A DNA stretch of 43,916 bases from the NCBI GenBank assembly GCA_000934665.2, contig JYFJ02003286.1, positions 1-43,916 on the forward strand, given 5' to 3'. Below the pieces are notes generated by a model. The model was given only the letters and a program-made list of their open reading frames with translations. It was not told the origin of the DNA and did not search any database. Numbering within the stretch: position 1 is the stretch's first letter; each line of letters opens with the position of its first letter. A program made the position numbers and the translations under genes. This document shows, one piece after another, positions 1 to 14,259 of the stretch. This DNA comes from Catajapyx aquilonaris. Lineage: Eukaryota.

Positions 1-125
1 CATTGGCATATCACTGGGATGCAGCACAGGCGGGTAGGGGGGTCTCTCAGTTCGGCCGTTCGGCAATAATCTTCTGAGGGGCAGGGCTAACAACTCAGAT
101 ATCACGTGACTCATCTCAGAAAAAT

Positions 126-306
126 CTGAATTGCCGAATACGCCTTATTTCTCAGCAAGTAAGTCAGGTAAGGAGTACACTAAGTTCCTGAGCTTGGGAA
201 GTCAGGTAGGGCGCATGCGCACTTACTTCAGGGGGCGTGGCACCTGATTTGCCGAACATCCAAACAGCCCAGGAACTCAGATTCCTGAATTGCCGAATAC
301 GCCTAA
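126..306. mobile_element. Two related right-hand TIR ends of PIF/Harbinger-like non-autonomous DNA elements (nested or tandem)
   Basis: CTGAATTGCCGAATACGCC occurs twice, ending at 144 and 303, followed by TTA and TAA respectively. A GGC-type terminus plus a 3-bp TWA target fits PIF/Harbinger. The left ends are not seen in the window. Confidence 0.45.
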
Positions 307-503
307 AGACTCAAGTTTAAGCAATGTACGCCTGAATTATCATTGTTATGGAATGTGGGGTTTCCATGGCACTAAAAAAAACAATGATTGTTGTTGATTA
401 CATTACTACGGCAACAGGCCATGCGAAGAACGGACTCCGCTGCTAGTGTCCTACATCAGGGAGCATATCAGGCGCAAAATTCTGTCGGCGCCTTTGATGT
501 CCG

Positions 504-893
504 CGTCTCTCTGTTTGGGGCCGTTGCCAAGGCTGGCGGCCATTTCGAAACGGGGGCAACGCCAACGAGGTATTAAATAGAGTACAGGCAGGCCGTAAAG
601 GTCCGCCATCTTGGATGGTTTTTGACGGCCATGGCACTTCACGGCAAGAGCACGCGCGAATTTGAATATTTTTGCCGTACTTACGGAATTAATACGTATA
701 AAAGTGCAAGGAGCTCATACGGCAAAAATATTCAAATTCGCGCGTGTTCTTGCCGTGCAGTGCCATGGCCGCCAAAACCATCAAAGATGGCGGACCTTTA
801 CGGCCTGCCTGTACCCTATATGTATACCTCGTTGGCGTTGCCCCCGTTTCAAAATGGCCGCCAGCCTTGGCAACGGCCCCAAACAAAGAGACG
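504..893. repeat. Long imperfect inverted repeat (arms 504-679 and 718-893, ~38-bp spacer); fold-back/MITE-like
   Basis: CGTCTCTCTGTTTGGGGCCGTTGCCAAGG... is the reverse complement of ...CCTTGGCAACGGCCCCAAACAAAGAGACG. The ORF track shows mirror peptides on both strands. No TSD was found. Confidence 0.9.
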
Positions 894-963
894 TGTGAAT
901 CGAATGTTTGCGCCTCTTATGTACATTATACATGTCTGGGATGATGATGTGTGTGGTGAAATG

Positions 964-2627
964 TTACCTGGTCGTAGCCAGCTTGAACTTGATTCCAGCT
1001 GCAGGATGTTGATACATGACTCTCTCAGGATCACCACTCTTGAAGTGAAACAGAAACGGATCCTTCAAGTTCCTGATCCTGACAAAAGCCAAGGTCTGAA
1101 GGATAGACTCGGCCAGTTGTTCAGGCGAATCCAACAAGAACAGGTTCAAAGTGCAGGGTCCTCCGGGCCAAAAGTATGATCTGATCTCAGGTGGCAAGGT
1201 GGTGAAGGAGTACATGTGCTGGGGATTGGTGACACCTAGATATTCGTTCCATGGCTTGATCCTGACTGGATTGGTGACATGATCAGGACTGAAGAGGACT
1301 AATGGTCTGTAAGTGCTGCCTTGTGTTTTGAAAAATGGTTCCAGAATATTTCTGTCGCTCTTCAGATGTTGGGTTGTCACCAGAGAGCAACTGGAATAGT
1401 CTGGTGTTTCCAGGATTTCCTGAGCCAACTGGAGTACTAGCTGCTCATGTACGAGTTGGCCACAAGCAGTCATAAACAGCCATATGTACACCCCTAAAGT
1501 GCAATGTTCAATTATTTAATTAATGTAACATATGAGTTGCAGTTCAGTTTTAAACTGATAGTACTCACAAATCATCAGCATTTTGAGGTGTCCATTACTC
1601 TTAGGCTCTTCGCACCACCTTAACGTTATGTACACTGACACAGCGCAATGTTGCTTATCGATATATAACGGCTTGGCAGCTCCACAATTACATCTGATGC
1701 TAATTACAGCCCAGCCGTCACAAACCTTTCCAGTGTTCCTCACCCATCGATCCGAAACGTTACATCATGAGAGAACTCTGGTTCTTTTTGCATATACGTC
1801 GCGACATCACTTCATACACGAACACACAGCATGACAACAAGAGACCGACAGACCACATGCTAAAAGTGGATGAAAATCTCTTGAAGTTCAACACAATCCG
1901 AGATTTCTCACTGCTGTCTAGTGACTTCTTCCTTAGAGACCTCAGAAAATTCTTGAAGTTCACCACATTCGCTATCTGTGAGACCAATCCGCTCTGGAAC
2001 AGACAATGGTTGATCCACTCTGAGTTCACAAAATTAACGTCGTCTCGACGACTCGACCACAACATGGACCTGTGTACACCATCATACTCAAGTCAGGTGC
2101 GGCCTGGACCTGATACACACCTTTGTCGTCCATGAATTCGAATAAGAAGCATTATCTCCTCTTCTGAAGTCAACATCTCGCCCATCTCCTTCCGTCTCTT
2201 CGCCTCGTCCAAATCAACATCCTCCACAAACCCCATGACAAGAGTCTTTCCATTCCCATCACGAGGCGGTTCAGGAAACAACTCATTCTTCAACAAATCG
2301 CCAGTGAAATTCCTCGGAGGACTGACCCTGTTTTCTCCTGACTCGCAAAAGTAACAAACGGTATGTATCAACAAACTGTCTTCGTCCACACTGGACAAAA
2401 CCTTGAGTCTGATTCCTTTGATCGTATCTTGCAGCATCACTTCAGGATCTTGGACTGTCCCATGCACGTGTATGAAGAAAGGGTCGTATCGATACAAGGT
2501 TCTTTTTGTTTGGATTACTAGGCCAACACATAGTACTCCCTGCGTGCTCACTCTGTAATCGCGGTAATGAAATGCACGTGCGTTCCTTGAATTGATCGGT
2601 GAATATTACAGAGAGTGTGCCAAACAT
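964..2627 (-). CDS. Six-exon gene, hypothetical protein of ~450-470 aa, unknown family
   Basis: Hand-spliced exons 2627-2552, 2517 (or 2454)-2121, 2069-1857, 1809-1744, 1699-1569 and 1493-964. GT-AG introns of 34 (or 97), 51, 47, 44 and 75 nt all keep phase, giving 1413 nt and joining ORF-track peptides 2093-2551, 1760-2065, 1516-1743 and 964-1491. The start lies in a GCCGCCATG context. Confidence 0.6.
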
Positions 2628-5600
2628 GGCGGCTCCCATCACGCAGCACGTACGCTTCGATAATGCAAGTAAACCTAGGCGTGACGAAAGAACTGGGAAA
2701 AATTACCTAACAGGACGGATAAGGTGTTGGAGTACTTTAAACGAATGTATGTCGCGTGAAATATTCAATACTAGCGCACCCTAATGCCTTGTCAACCATG
2801 GCAGCAATCACCTGTACAGTACAATGTATTCATGCCAGGTTATGGTATGACTGACATAATGGATGCAGTGTCCACAACGTCACAAACCCATGTGACTCTT
2901 ACGATAAATGTACGCATCGACAATCAACTGCACAAAATAATATAAAGACTTATTGTGGCGAGTAACACTAATGTTACCGGTATGACTATATGGCCAATGG
3001 AACAAAACACTGTTGGTGTGTATAGTCAACATTTATATCAATTAATGGCCATCTTCCAGTGTCTTCCAGTTTATATACTCTTGCAAGATTATCACTTCAC
3101 AAGAAATGGTGACGACAAGCGACAGTTCAATTCACACCTATACCCTTACACATTAGCAATGTCATGCGAGATGCGACTATCAATCGAAACATCGTTCTTG
3201 TACCCCGAGGACCATAGCTGATATACTACCGCGACGTACTGGACCTCAGCTCCAAGCAAGGAGGGTCACACAAGATGGCTGACCTGACTATACTAGATGG
3301 ATTGACAAATAATCTGTATCGGTGATAGAAATGCGCAATGGATAATGAAACAACGGTACAATTTCGACAGCAACAAAGAACCATATTGAGACCAGACCCA
3401 GATTGATATGGGACATCTTCCAGACATTCGTGATGAAAATGCAAACACAAATTGCAAACTGCTTCCATTTTCCACTCCTGTCTACGAATACCGATTAAGA
3501 TAATAGAATACTATAATAATTATTGCAAATGACGTAAAGGCTCTCTCATACTGGGCTACCAAAATAAACAAGAGGCCTGATTGTGGGTTGGCTGGGTAAT
3601 TAGACAATCTGACCACCAGAGGTTATCGTCGTAGTGTATGTGTTCGGATAAGACGCCTTCCTGCAAGAGTTCAAGCAGAAAACAATATCTTCTTCTGCTT
3701 ATAACAATCTTCGTCGCAACTTGCGTCTTTTAACCAGTCCATTTGACCTGCACATGGACTTGTCTGATTTGTCCCGCTTGACCAAAGAAGCCATCAAGGA
3801 GCGCTGCAGCAGCCTGGAACTGTCCAGGAATGTGACAAGATGAATCAGTCTATTTCTACCTGTGCCGGAGACAACAACGACATGTCTTCTAGCAGGAATA
3901 TATGATCACTGTAAAGGGTATTTCAACTCAACAGTTGCGGCAAAGAGAATTATCTGGTGATAAAGAGTGTATATTGCATGTGCCGTCCTATATTACTTCC
4001 AAAGGTTGACGACATTATTTTATTTCGCGGTATAATAGCCTACTGTTAATGAATGACTGTCATCTTGCTGTCATTCTGTCAATGATGATGCCAATTGCAA
4101 TTTTTTTTTAAATCACAGTATAACCAAATGTCATAACCGCATAGAATCTATTAAACCGATAAATCTGCAACAATTAAAAAGGTATTAAAAGCAGGTGATT
4201 ATTCATTTTAAATCATTGCTGAATTTTTACTGTCAATTCTGGCAGATTATTTTGTATACGAATAATTGCAGTGGCATTTACACCACGTCCCCTATCAGTT
4301 CCTTAAATAGTCTGTGAGCCCCTGTGCATAACTTAGAGCCTCTAGACCAGCATGTCAGGGTTAATAATAATCACACACTGAATGCGCCTGTTAAATCTGG
4401 AAAAAAAAAGTGGTCTCAAAATTCCAAGCATGCCCAGACAGTGTAACATTTGTCGACTTAAAAAACATAACCATATAACACTGTATACATACCAACGGAC
4501 AATATTTAATGGCCAAATCCAAAGAAAAGTATGCAAAGTAACAATCTCCACGTAGGGTTTGGGAGGAACTGATGCACTGGCTACTGAAAATTAACTCAGT
4601 AGAGTGACAGCAATTAGTGAGAAACAGACGCAGCATTATGTGTGCCACTGCAGTTCAATCAGTAGTCTACTCGAGTACGTGACATCACTCATCCCCACAC
4701 ATTCATGTATCCATCCTGTATGATATACCTGAAACGAAGCAAACACTGCTGCGTATACGCAATCGTTAGCCAAACGAAGCCTATCAGTTCGACGCGTGGG
4801 GAAGCTAGACAATACTCACATGCGTCACATGAAGAGATACAAAAACAGCTTACGACGATTAGGGAGATGTTCAAGACCGACATGGGTAAGTTGAATCTAA
4901 CCCGGAATAATAATGGCAACCGTGGCAAACCAACCTAAAGGTACTATAGAATACCTACAAAATTATTTACACATCACCACAGGACGACATTCAATGCCCA
5001 AACCCAATGGCCAAAAGTGCACCGACAAAAGTGCCTACGACGCGACGCATCGATGGAATAGGTGATATAGAATAATCCCCGCCTATCTAATCCAAACATC
5101 TCCCATTATTCCAGATACCCGTGTTACAGGCGCTGAAAAATTTTCACTCATGTGTTTCAACCAGGATGTTCAGGAGAATCCGTGGTTTATAAAATGAAGG
5201 TGAGAATTTGCGCGAATATAATAGAAAACCTGGTGTGCCTGTTTGTTCGTGTCACGAGAGAAAGACAGTCATGTCCACACAGATTGGGCAGCCTTTTACC
5301 TATATGCACACTGCGCTATAGTAGTTACAGAGTAGTTATGTTTTCAAAATATTAAAAAAATTCGAGATTTTTTTTCTGCACAGAATAACTGCGAACTGTG
5401 CGACGAAAAGGATGATTTGGATATTAAAAATTATACTTGGCGACAAATGCAGTGATCGTAGCAGCCAAAAGTGATGTGGAGGTCCAGGTCAAACACTGTG
5501 GAGCGAGTGTCCGCCGAGACAAGGTGGTTGCCATCTCCAAATCGGGGGTCGCAAGTATGTCCTGGTGCGGACGAGGATTAACCGATGGCCTCATCACATA

Positions 5601-8600
5601 TAGCCCACCAGACGACTGGAAGCATGACAATCCGGTATAAGCAACATCATTCGCTAGGGATAAGGGAGAACGCAATCTTTTGACGTATTGCAATATGGAC
5701 CTTTAAAAAACAAAATAAAATTGGAGAACGGGTTAACCATCTCATTCACACTATAGCAACTGCCAGGATAGATGCTAATGGGGGTTGCTTATGTAATAAG
5801 CAGCCTTCTACGAATATGTGTGAAACAACCACCTTTACGTTTGGGAGGAATGGATTCAGTAGGCAACGAGACGCATCTTACCGCGCATCCTACTGGGGAA
5901 GTGGACCATACTAGTCGCCATGACAGATCGGAGAGTCTATACACATTAGAATAGTCCGAAATATTATTTATGAACCGGAGAACTGCGCAACTACAGTGCA
6001 CATTCCGCTGGAAATATAGAATTGAGATTGTCACTAATGATCATCTATGACAAAGGTGAGATCACTCATACCAATTGAAAAAAAACTCATACAGTATGTG
6101 AATGATTTATTTTAATATGTGACAATCACTTTATTAGGACTTTCGTAACATGAGGGTTGGAATAAAAATAATAGGCTTACTTGCTCTGATCCCCTCCCAC
6201 ATCAGTAATGACACTCCAGCAGGTACACACTACGAAAATCACAGTGAGATTAACTTGGAGCAGATACAATCGAGGATTACTACGATGGTTCTATAGGATA
6301 GTCTCAACAATAAGGCAATTATTGGCAGACGTACATTTTGCATTTTCCGAAAACTCAAGTAGTTGCTACAATTGACAAACTATTCCATAGCAGTTAATCC
6401 TTGCTCCATTTGTATGGCATTTTAGCCTGGTGAGCTGGTGGCAATGTTGAGAGAAAAGTACTTCTTTAGGAGGTAATTGTTGCTTTGTTGATCCGTGGTA
6501 AAACAGATGTGACAGGGGAATATTAAATGAAAGGGCTAAGATGCAGTACACACACGTAACAAAACATATCACTTACACAGCTGATGCTGGTATGGGCCGA
6601 ATGTATCAGTTCGACGCATGGGGAAGCTAGACAATGCTCTCAGTGCAAGCTAGGCAGATCCTCCGCCTACAGAAGGAAGGAGAAGGAATAATGTCGTACA
6701 TTCGCGTTTTATGGATGCACTTTGAGTATTGGTCCTGGAGAGTTATCGCCAAGTCAAAGTTAATGGCCAAGTACGGACGTGTAGGCAGTTGATGAAATGA
6801 GAACACCAATCAGTACAGTACAAATAGACAATGATGACTCATACCAATGAATGGCGAAAAATTGCGCCGAGGACAAAAAAAAAGAACCACATAATCCAAA
6901 CCACGACGAGTATAATATACAACGGATGTTGTAATCCATAATCACATCATGCTTCTTGGCAATAGTGGACCACAATAAAAATAATGATGGCAAACACTTT
7001 CCCCTCTTTTATTGACATCATTGACTTGGATATTTTAATATTCACATATGCAATACTCCGCAAAACACAATATCAATAGAAAGCGGGGTAAGTTGAATCT
7101 AACCCGGAATAAGAATGGCAACCGTGGAAAACCAACCTAAAGGTACTATAGTATACCTACGTTATTATTTCAACATCGCCACAGGACGCACGACATTCAA
7201 TGTCCAAACCCAACTATAGGAGTGACCGCACGAGGCACGAGGCACAAACACTTCTCAGAAAATCATTTCCAATATAAGTAACACCGGCACATTTGAGTCA
7301 ATTTCAAAATATCCAGTTCGATATTGTTCATTCACCACATACATTATTGCCATTACCTGAAAATCCAACTTATTGCAGCCAATTCTATATGACAGAGGCG
7401 ACATTACCGTTATACATTGCTAGTACCTGAGAAGCATACGGAATACACCAAGTGGCATCGTTCAAGAAGGTAACTGAACACCAAGTGAACATGAGGAGAA
7501 AACCCGAGGACCGCATCAGACTATACTCAACAAAAAGGGGCGGCCAGATTGCGAGTTGGCGGGTGAAAAATTATCATCATTGCCAATGCAGGCTTGCTTC
7601 ATGTCAGAATTATTAATATAGAGAACGGCTCCATCGACGCCAACCTTCACTCAGATAAAGTAGCCACGATCAACCAAAACCATTGTTCTTGTGCTGGAAC
7701 TGCAGGCGGACCAAGTAACAACAGCCATAAACCACGACTTTCGACTCCATATTCTCACATCTTGTTTTATCGGACTAGAGAGGAGTAGTCTCTTGAAGCA
7801 GTTTGGTCAGGGAGATCATCCATCCAGAAGCAGAAGAAGAAGCCGGGAGCTGACCGGCGACTCTGATTGTCCATCACTGACAAACTGAAACACATTCGCA
7901 TGGTACCACCACCACCAGGTCATGACTTCCACTGACTTCCAAAATATTTCCCAATCTGGTTTTTGGAGTCGTGAAATTCGGCCCGTAGGTATGTACATTG
8001 GTCAGTTACTGTGATAACTGGCTGTAATCAGGAAATAAGGAGTATTTGTGTGTCCTTACATGTGCCGAGCATATGTCAGTACTGCTAAATCCCACTGCCC
8101 AGATGGGAATGTCTTTAGCAGACACCTCTAGACAGAGTGGATGTGAGTTTATTTTTAAATATGACAATCACTTTGTTATGACTGTTGTAACATAAGTGTG
8201 GCGTTTTACAAATCGCGTAAAATATTAAATATAGAGTAAATTAAGTGGCACTAAAAAACACATCCCAGAGGCTGCAGTTCTATACAAACAGGATTTTGGT
8301 TAGATTAGGCTCTCTTGCTCTGACCTCATTCCTGATGATGGAATACCTCACACATCGAAAATCAGTCACAGCAAGAGCTAGCTCTTGGTCACAGCAATAC
8401 GGCAGGCCGACTCGGCGCCAGCCAAAGTGATGTGGAGGTCCAGGTCAAACAGGCGCTGTGGAGCGAGTGCCCGCCGAGACAAGGTGGTTGCCATCTCCAA
8501 ATCGGGGGTCGCAAGTATGTCCTGGTGCGGACGAGGATTAACCGCTGGCCACATCACATATAGCCCACCAGGCGACGATGGAAGCATGACAATCCGGTAT

Positions 8601-11600
8601 ATTGAGTATGAATATTTATTTACTGGAGGTTTCTCTCATCAACCATTGCCTTGTTTACACATTATTAATGGCGTCGTAATATATTAAATACCCCAACATA
8701 ACGAAAACGCCCGGACTAACGAAGATGTCCCCAGACGAAAATCAGGTTCCAACAATCTAATTATAGTGAGTACACTACAAATGTGTGTTGCTTGTTATTA
8801 CGAGTATATGGAATCATATGTATTCACATACGGGCACGACGCATCGAGGACTGATTACTCCGATGGTTCTATAGGAAAGCCTCAACAATAAGGCAATTAT
8901 TGACAGATGTACCATTTTGAAGAAGTAGTTTCTATAATTGGCAAACTATTCCATGGCAGTTAATCCTTGCTCCATCTGTATGGCATTTTAGCCTGGTGAG
9001 TTTCGTATACATGGCACTAGAGAGAAGATCTCGTTTGCATATAGATTGGCCCGCTCTTCTTTATTCTATTTATCGTACCACTTACATCATCTAAGCGGAG
9101 GAAAATACGCAACACAAAAATGGAATCTGCTCATTCGGGAGATCCAGACAGACGTGGGGCTTGTTCGTGTCAAGTTTGGACCCCGATTGTGCTACTGGTG
9201 ACGGTGACAGGGAAGTTCAAAGGGGCGGTACCATTTAAAATTCAAACCTCGCATGAAGAAGGAAAAGTCACGCGACAAAATAACAATGTTTAGAGAAAAA
9301 ATACTACTTTTATACAATTATTTAAATATCGCCAAAGGACGACATTCAATGCCCAAACCCAATGGCCAAAAGTGCACCAGCAAATAAAATGGCCTACGAC
9401 GCATCGACGGAATAGGTGATATAGAATAATCCCCTCCCATCTAATCCAAACAGCTCTCATTATTCCAGGTACCTGTGTTACAGATGATACAAAATTTTCA
9501 CTCGTGTGTCTCAACCAGGATGTTCTGGAGAATCGTGGTTTATAAAATGATGGCGAGAATTCGCGTGAATAGAATAATATTCGCATTGCTCCACTTTAAA
9601 ACTCGTGTATTGCGCACGATGGACACGTCACCACTGGTCAAGATCACGCCGAACACACATAAAATAGTCCCTCGGGCAGATACTTCAAAACCAGAATAAA
9701 TCCAGTACTGTTACGTACGTCTCGAAAAGATGGTCCCAAAGATGAGACATCGCATCACGACAGCACCATGCAAGACATCGTACACAAGACATTTGCGACT
9801 GAGAAGATGGGATTTTGAAGACATGTGTGAAATAAAATCCAAGTTTTTTTTAAAAATAGGATGGTGACACGGTCCATTGTTGGACGGACTTAAAAGCACA
9901 TGTGCTCATTTTCATCACCAGGATCCACACCAGCCCTTCTCAGGGCTACCAAATAAATCAGTTGAGGAATGTGCCAAGAATAGTGGGGAACATTCTGGCT
10001 ATACATAGCACAAATACCCTTTGTGCCTGACCCATTTTGACCCAGTCACATCCCATGGCATGTGTGACCCTATTTTTTTCCAGGCTTGACCCTCAAATTT
10101 TCAGCGGGCTGCACGTATGCCACTACTTCAACCTACGATTGACAAGGAATCCTCCGAAAAATCACCGTTTGCAAGTCTACTGATAAATATACTGCATATT
10201 CTAAGGTATGGCTGGTGCGGGGTTATGGATGGGGAGCCTTTATCTCCACTCTTTTCACTTTTTTAAATCATCCCCAGTAGACCTTTGTATACCTTTGTTT
10301 ATATAGTATTAATGGCGTCGTATATATTAAGGATTACTCAGATAGTTCAACAAAAGTCTGTGAGTTGCACATGCCTTTGTGGAGAGTTTTATGAAGTGAT
10401 GAATACTCTGTTTTTGACCGGTTTGTTTTTCCCTTCAGCTAGAAGTGCAGCTGATTGTAGTTGGAACTGAGCACAAATTGCAGGTTGCTTGATCACGTGA
10501 CGTGACGTGCTATGACCACGCAAGAATACGTATGCGACTGAGAAGATGGGTTTGAAGGTGAAAACAAAGCATAACGAATTACTTGCCAGAAGTGGACTCT
10601 AAATTCCCTGTTATTACCTGCATGGTACACCTGGACATGCATGGCGTTTCACTAAGAGAATCCCTGGTTGTACGACCACGAACAAGATTCAAGAGGACCA
10701 GTGCAGTGGCCCAATACGTATGGCTGAAACATGTCTCAGGTTACAGTACACAAAGTCACCCACCGACCATGGAGCATTCTACTCGTAGCTGATCCTACAT
10801 CGGATGACGAGATTGGAACCCTGGACCCTGGCATGTAATAGCATGATGAAAAGGAGTACTGTACCTCTGATGTTCTCACAATTTTGTTTTATCCTTAAAA
10901 TTTTTATACGTCGATGATCTGGTATTTGAAGGTAACGAATGATTGGAATGATTGCCACAAAATATGCATATTACGAGCCAGATAGGCGATAGCGCAGAGA
11001 GCCATCAATGGACGTGCAAAAATGTTGCAAGAATACAGTCATTACATCTCTTGGTATATACCATTACAAAGTATTGACCTTTCGCATCAATTATCCGACA
11101 AGTCTAAGTGTATCCTGTAGAATTCCCTAGGACTAGAAAATACTCGTCACAAATTTGTGCTTGAAATGACCAAACAAGAGACATTAATAATATTGTAACC
11201 GTCCAAAACAGCAAGGACTAACCTACGAATACACAGAACGACGCATAACTCTCTAAGAACACATTTCATTGAAGGCAATTATGCACAAAATGCATGTGTC
11301 ATAATTAAACGAGAGAGGTTTTATGACTATGCATCATAATAGAGCTTGCTTCAAATGCTTACCAACAATGGTCACACGATCACGACAACGGAGTCAAGAT
11401 CACGCCGGACACACATAAAATAGTCCTAATGATAAAAAGTTGTATCTGGGATAAAATGCAAGAGAGTTATAATGCACCAAGTAACTTTCATCTGCTACAC
11501 GTAACTTATTGTGAAATAATATTTATTGCCAGTGTGACATGTATTTCCTTGCGTATTACAGTCATTACTGAATATGATCATATTTTGATTCGATACACAT

Positions 11601-14259
11601 TTCGTCAAAACATATTTCTAAGAGCAAATAATTTGCATGAATAACAGAAATGACATCTCTTGATCAACATATGCAATATTGTTCTTTGATATCTGATTTT
11701 ATCCGACTAATAATAATAAGCCAGCAGGAATCGCCTTTGGATCAGATAACATTCCCCGAGAACCTGTCCTTGGAATTACCAAGAAGACACCGATTAAAAC
11801 CATCCAAAACATGACTGCATGAACAATCTTCATTGTACGACACAAAGAGGAAAATCACTAAGGCCCTGCGACGATCAACGGAAACATCGTTCTTCGACAA
11901 TCGCAAACCATCAGCTAATACTCACATCGCGACGTACTGTACAGTACAATACCTCTGGACACATTTTGTTCGATCAGAAGGGATCTCTGATCGTATTCGT
12001 AGTGACGCATGGCGCCAGGGTTTTATTTCCATGGCCATTACCTGCTCAATTACGACAATTACTTGCTCAATTTATTCATCTCGGGTGACACATGACATGC
12101 TCTTTCAGGAGTATTGTTGTAGCAACCAGCTCTTTGCACTTCTCTCCTGAGCACACCATGTAGCATCTAAGGCGCAAACAGAAATTAACAGTACCTTCAG
12201 ACTGGAAGCCAACTCAAACACATGTGATCATGATCTGCAACGCCTTGCTGTATACATGCAAGGTTACTTACTAATCACTGAAAAGTTTGACTTTGTCGTT
12301 CTTGGGAACTTCACTCAGAATGACTTTTACAACTACATACGAATTGTGTCCAAAGCCCTCTGCACTGGACTTCCAAGTTTCATTTGAAACAATGCAGTTT
12401 TCAGGCGCGGACAGAGACTTACAATTCACACTAAAATTGACCAGTACGTCAAGTCGGCATTGTCACACCTTCCCCTCTCTGTGTGTCATCCGAATGCCCA
12501 GAAAATTTTGGTGTCAAGATTTGTTAGTATGCGCAGTATGCAAGGTGCAATACCATACCTATAGGCTAAGCATACATAGGAAACAGTGAAGCTAATATGA
12601 GGAGGAGACATATCCAGCAAACAGAGCGACCAAGAGGACTACACTGGCACGTAGGACACACCAAACTGTACAAACACATTATTCACTGAAGACAATATCA
12701 CCATATCATGCACAACATTATAACACCTTCCAAAACAGTGGTCCGAAATCCATTTTGACCAGCTGGAAACAACAGGCGACATGAATATTCTTGAGCTATA
12801 AACGCTCTCGCACAATATAGAGAGTATGATAGCAATGCAGTGATAAAACACGAAGGACGACAACTAGGATGACAAAAGTGCCTTTGGCATGACACACTTT
12901 TAGTGGCATTCAGCATCCTACTCGAGTACTTGGCATCACTCCATACCCACAAACATGTATCCCATCCTGTATGATACATGAGACGATCATGTACGAAGAA
13001 AACACTTCAGCAAAAAACACAACAGGAAGAACTAGTACCTGAGAAGCACACAAAGCCGTACACCCGTGTCATTCAAGAAGGTAACTGACCAACAAGACAA
13101 CATTAGGATCAAGCCCGATGATAAAAGTGAATAAAAATAGAAGCGGCACAATAAAAATCACTTTTAATGGGGAGTAGCGCCTATCATTACAGCATCACTT
13201 AGCTAATTGCGTGACTTAAATAAGTCAAAAAAAATAATCTCAATCTCAGCTTCTGTGTTCGGCCTGTCCCCATACTGTATAATTCACCTGTTTTTTCAGA
13301 TAACGACAGGGCACACTATTATTGCACATAGTGTTTTATGTTATGTTAATGAACATTACATACTAAATGGTCGTACTTGAGTTATGGTTGTTGCGCATAC
13401 TGGCACACCGCGTCTATCGTTGTCACTTCACATAATGTGAGCAATACGGTCAGGGGATATGTGCTACAATCAATACCTGTGCATGGTTGTCAAAATAATT
13501 ATCTCCCATGCCAATAATATGTAATTCCAGCTGTACATTTGATATAACTTAATTACAAAAAAAAATTAAGGAGATATAATATGAAAGTTACAATATAAGG
13601 GACATTATTTCCAGTAATGAAGTGGTCTCATAATAATGCCCAGCCACCAGTGTTACATCAATTCTATGTTCTCCTGTGTGATTATTTGTGGTGTCTCTGA
13701 TACCGCTTCATTGTGGGACACTACGCCACCACAGATGCCATTAAACAGACATATGATTAAGACGACGACTGTAATGGATACGGATTGTCGGTGAGGAAAG
13801 ACAGGCGGGGATATACTAACCACTATACTACCGAGGAAAGACTGACAACCGAATTCGGTTTATAGGTTCCGATAGTTTCTAAAGCATTATGCTTTAACAT
13901 CTTGTTTAATCAGACAAGAGATGGGTCATTGGTCTGGGTTCTATAATCATGCGGAATGGGGTGTAAACAACTCCTCTGTTGAATTGCCGGGGAAACTGTC
14001 CTTTCCTTCTCTGAAGGCCGAGGAGGGTCAAATCGCCCTCTCCCCATGCTGCCAACTCCAGCCCCTCAGTGTTATTACATTTCTACGTGGTGTCTGTACT
14101 TTGTTCAGTGTTTTGCACTCATATTGGTTGCATACTTTGTTCCATTTCCGAGTTTATCCACTGTTGCCTTGGTTGCGAGACTGTTGGTGTAATTATAGAT
14201 GATGATGACGTTTTGTTGTAGCTGGCAAAAGTTCGTCAGAATCAAGAAATCGCACTTGC

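Noticed and set aside
388..1179. ORFs of 60-185 aa across the palindrome
   Set aside because: They arise from the GC-rich inverted repeat (mirror peptides on both strands) and the antisense of the last exon.
7513..7583. Minus-strand C/D box snoRNA (ATGATGA...CTGA with a GCA/TGC stem)
   Set aside because: The stem is only 3 bp with non-canonical K-turn spacing, I recognise no rRNA/snRNA guide, and other C boxes in the region lack paired D boxes; compatible with chance.
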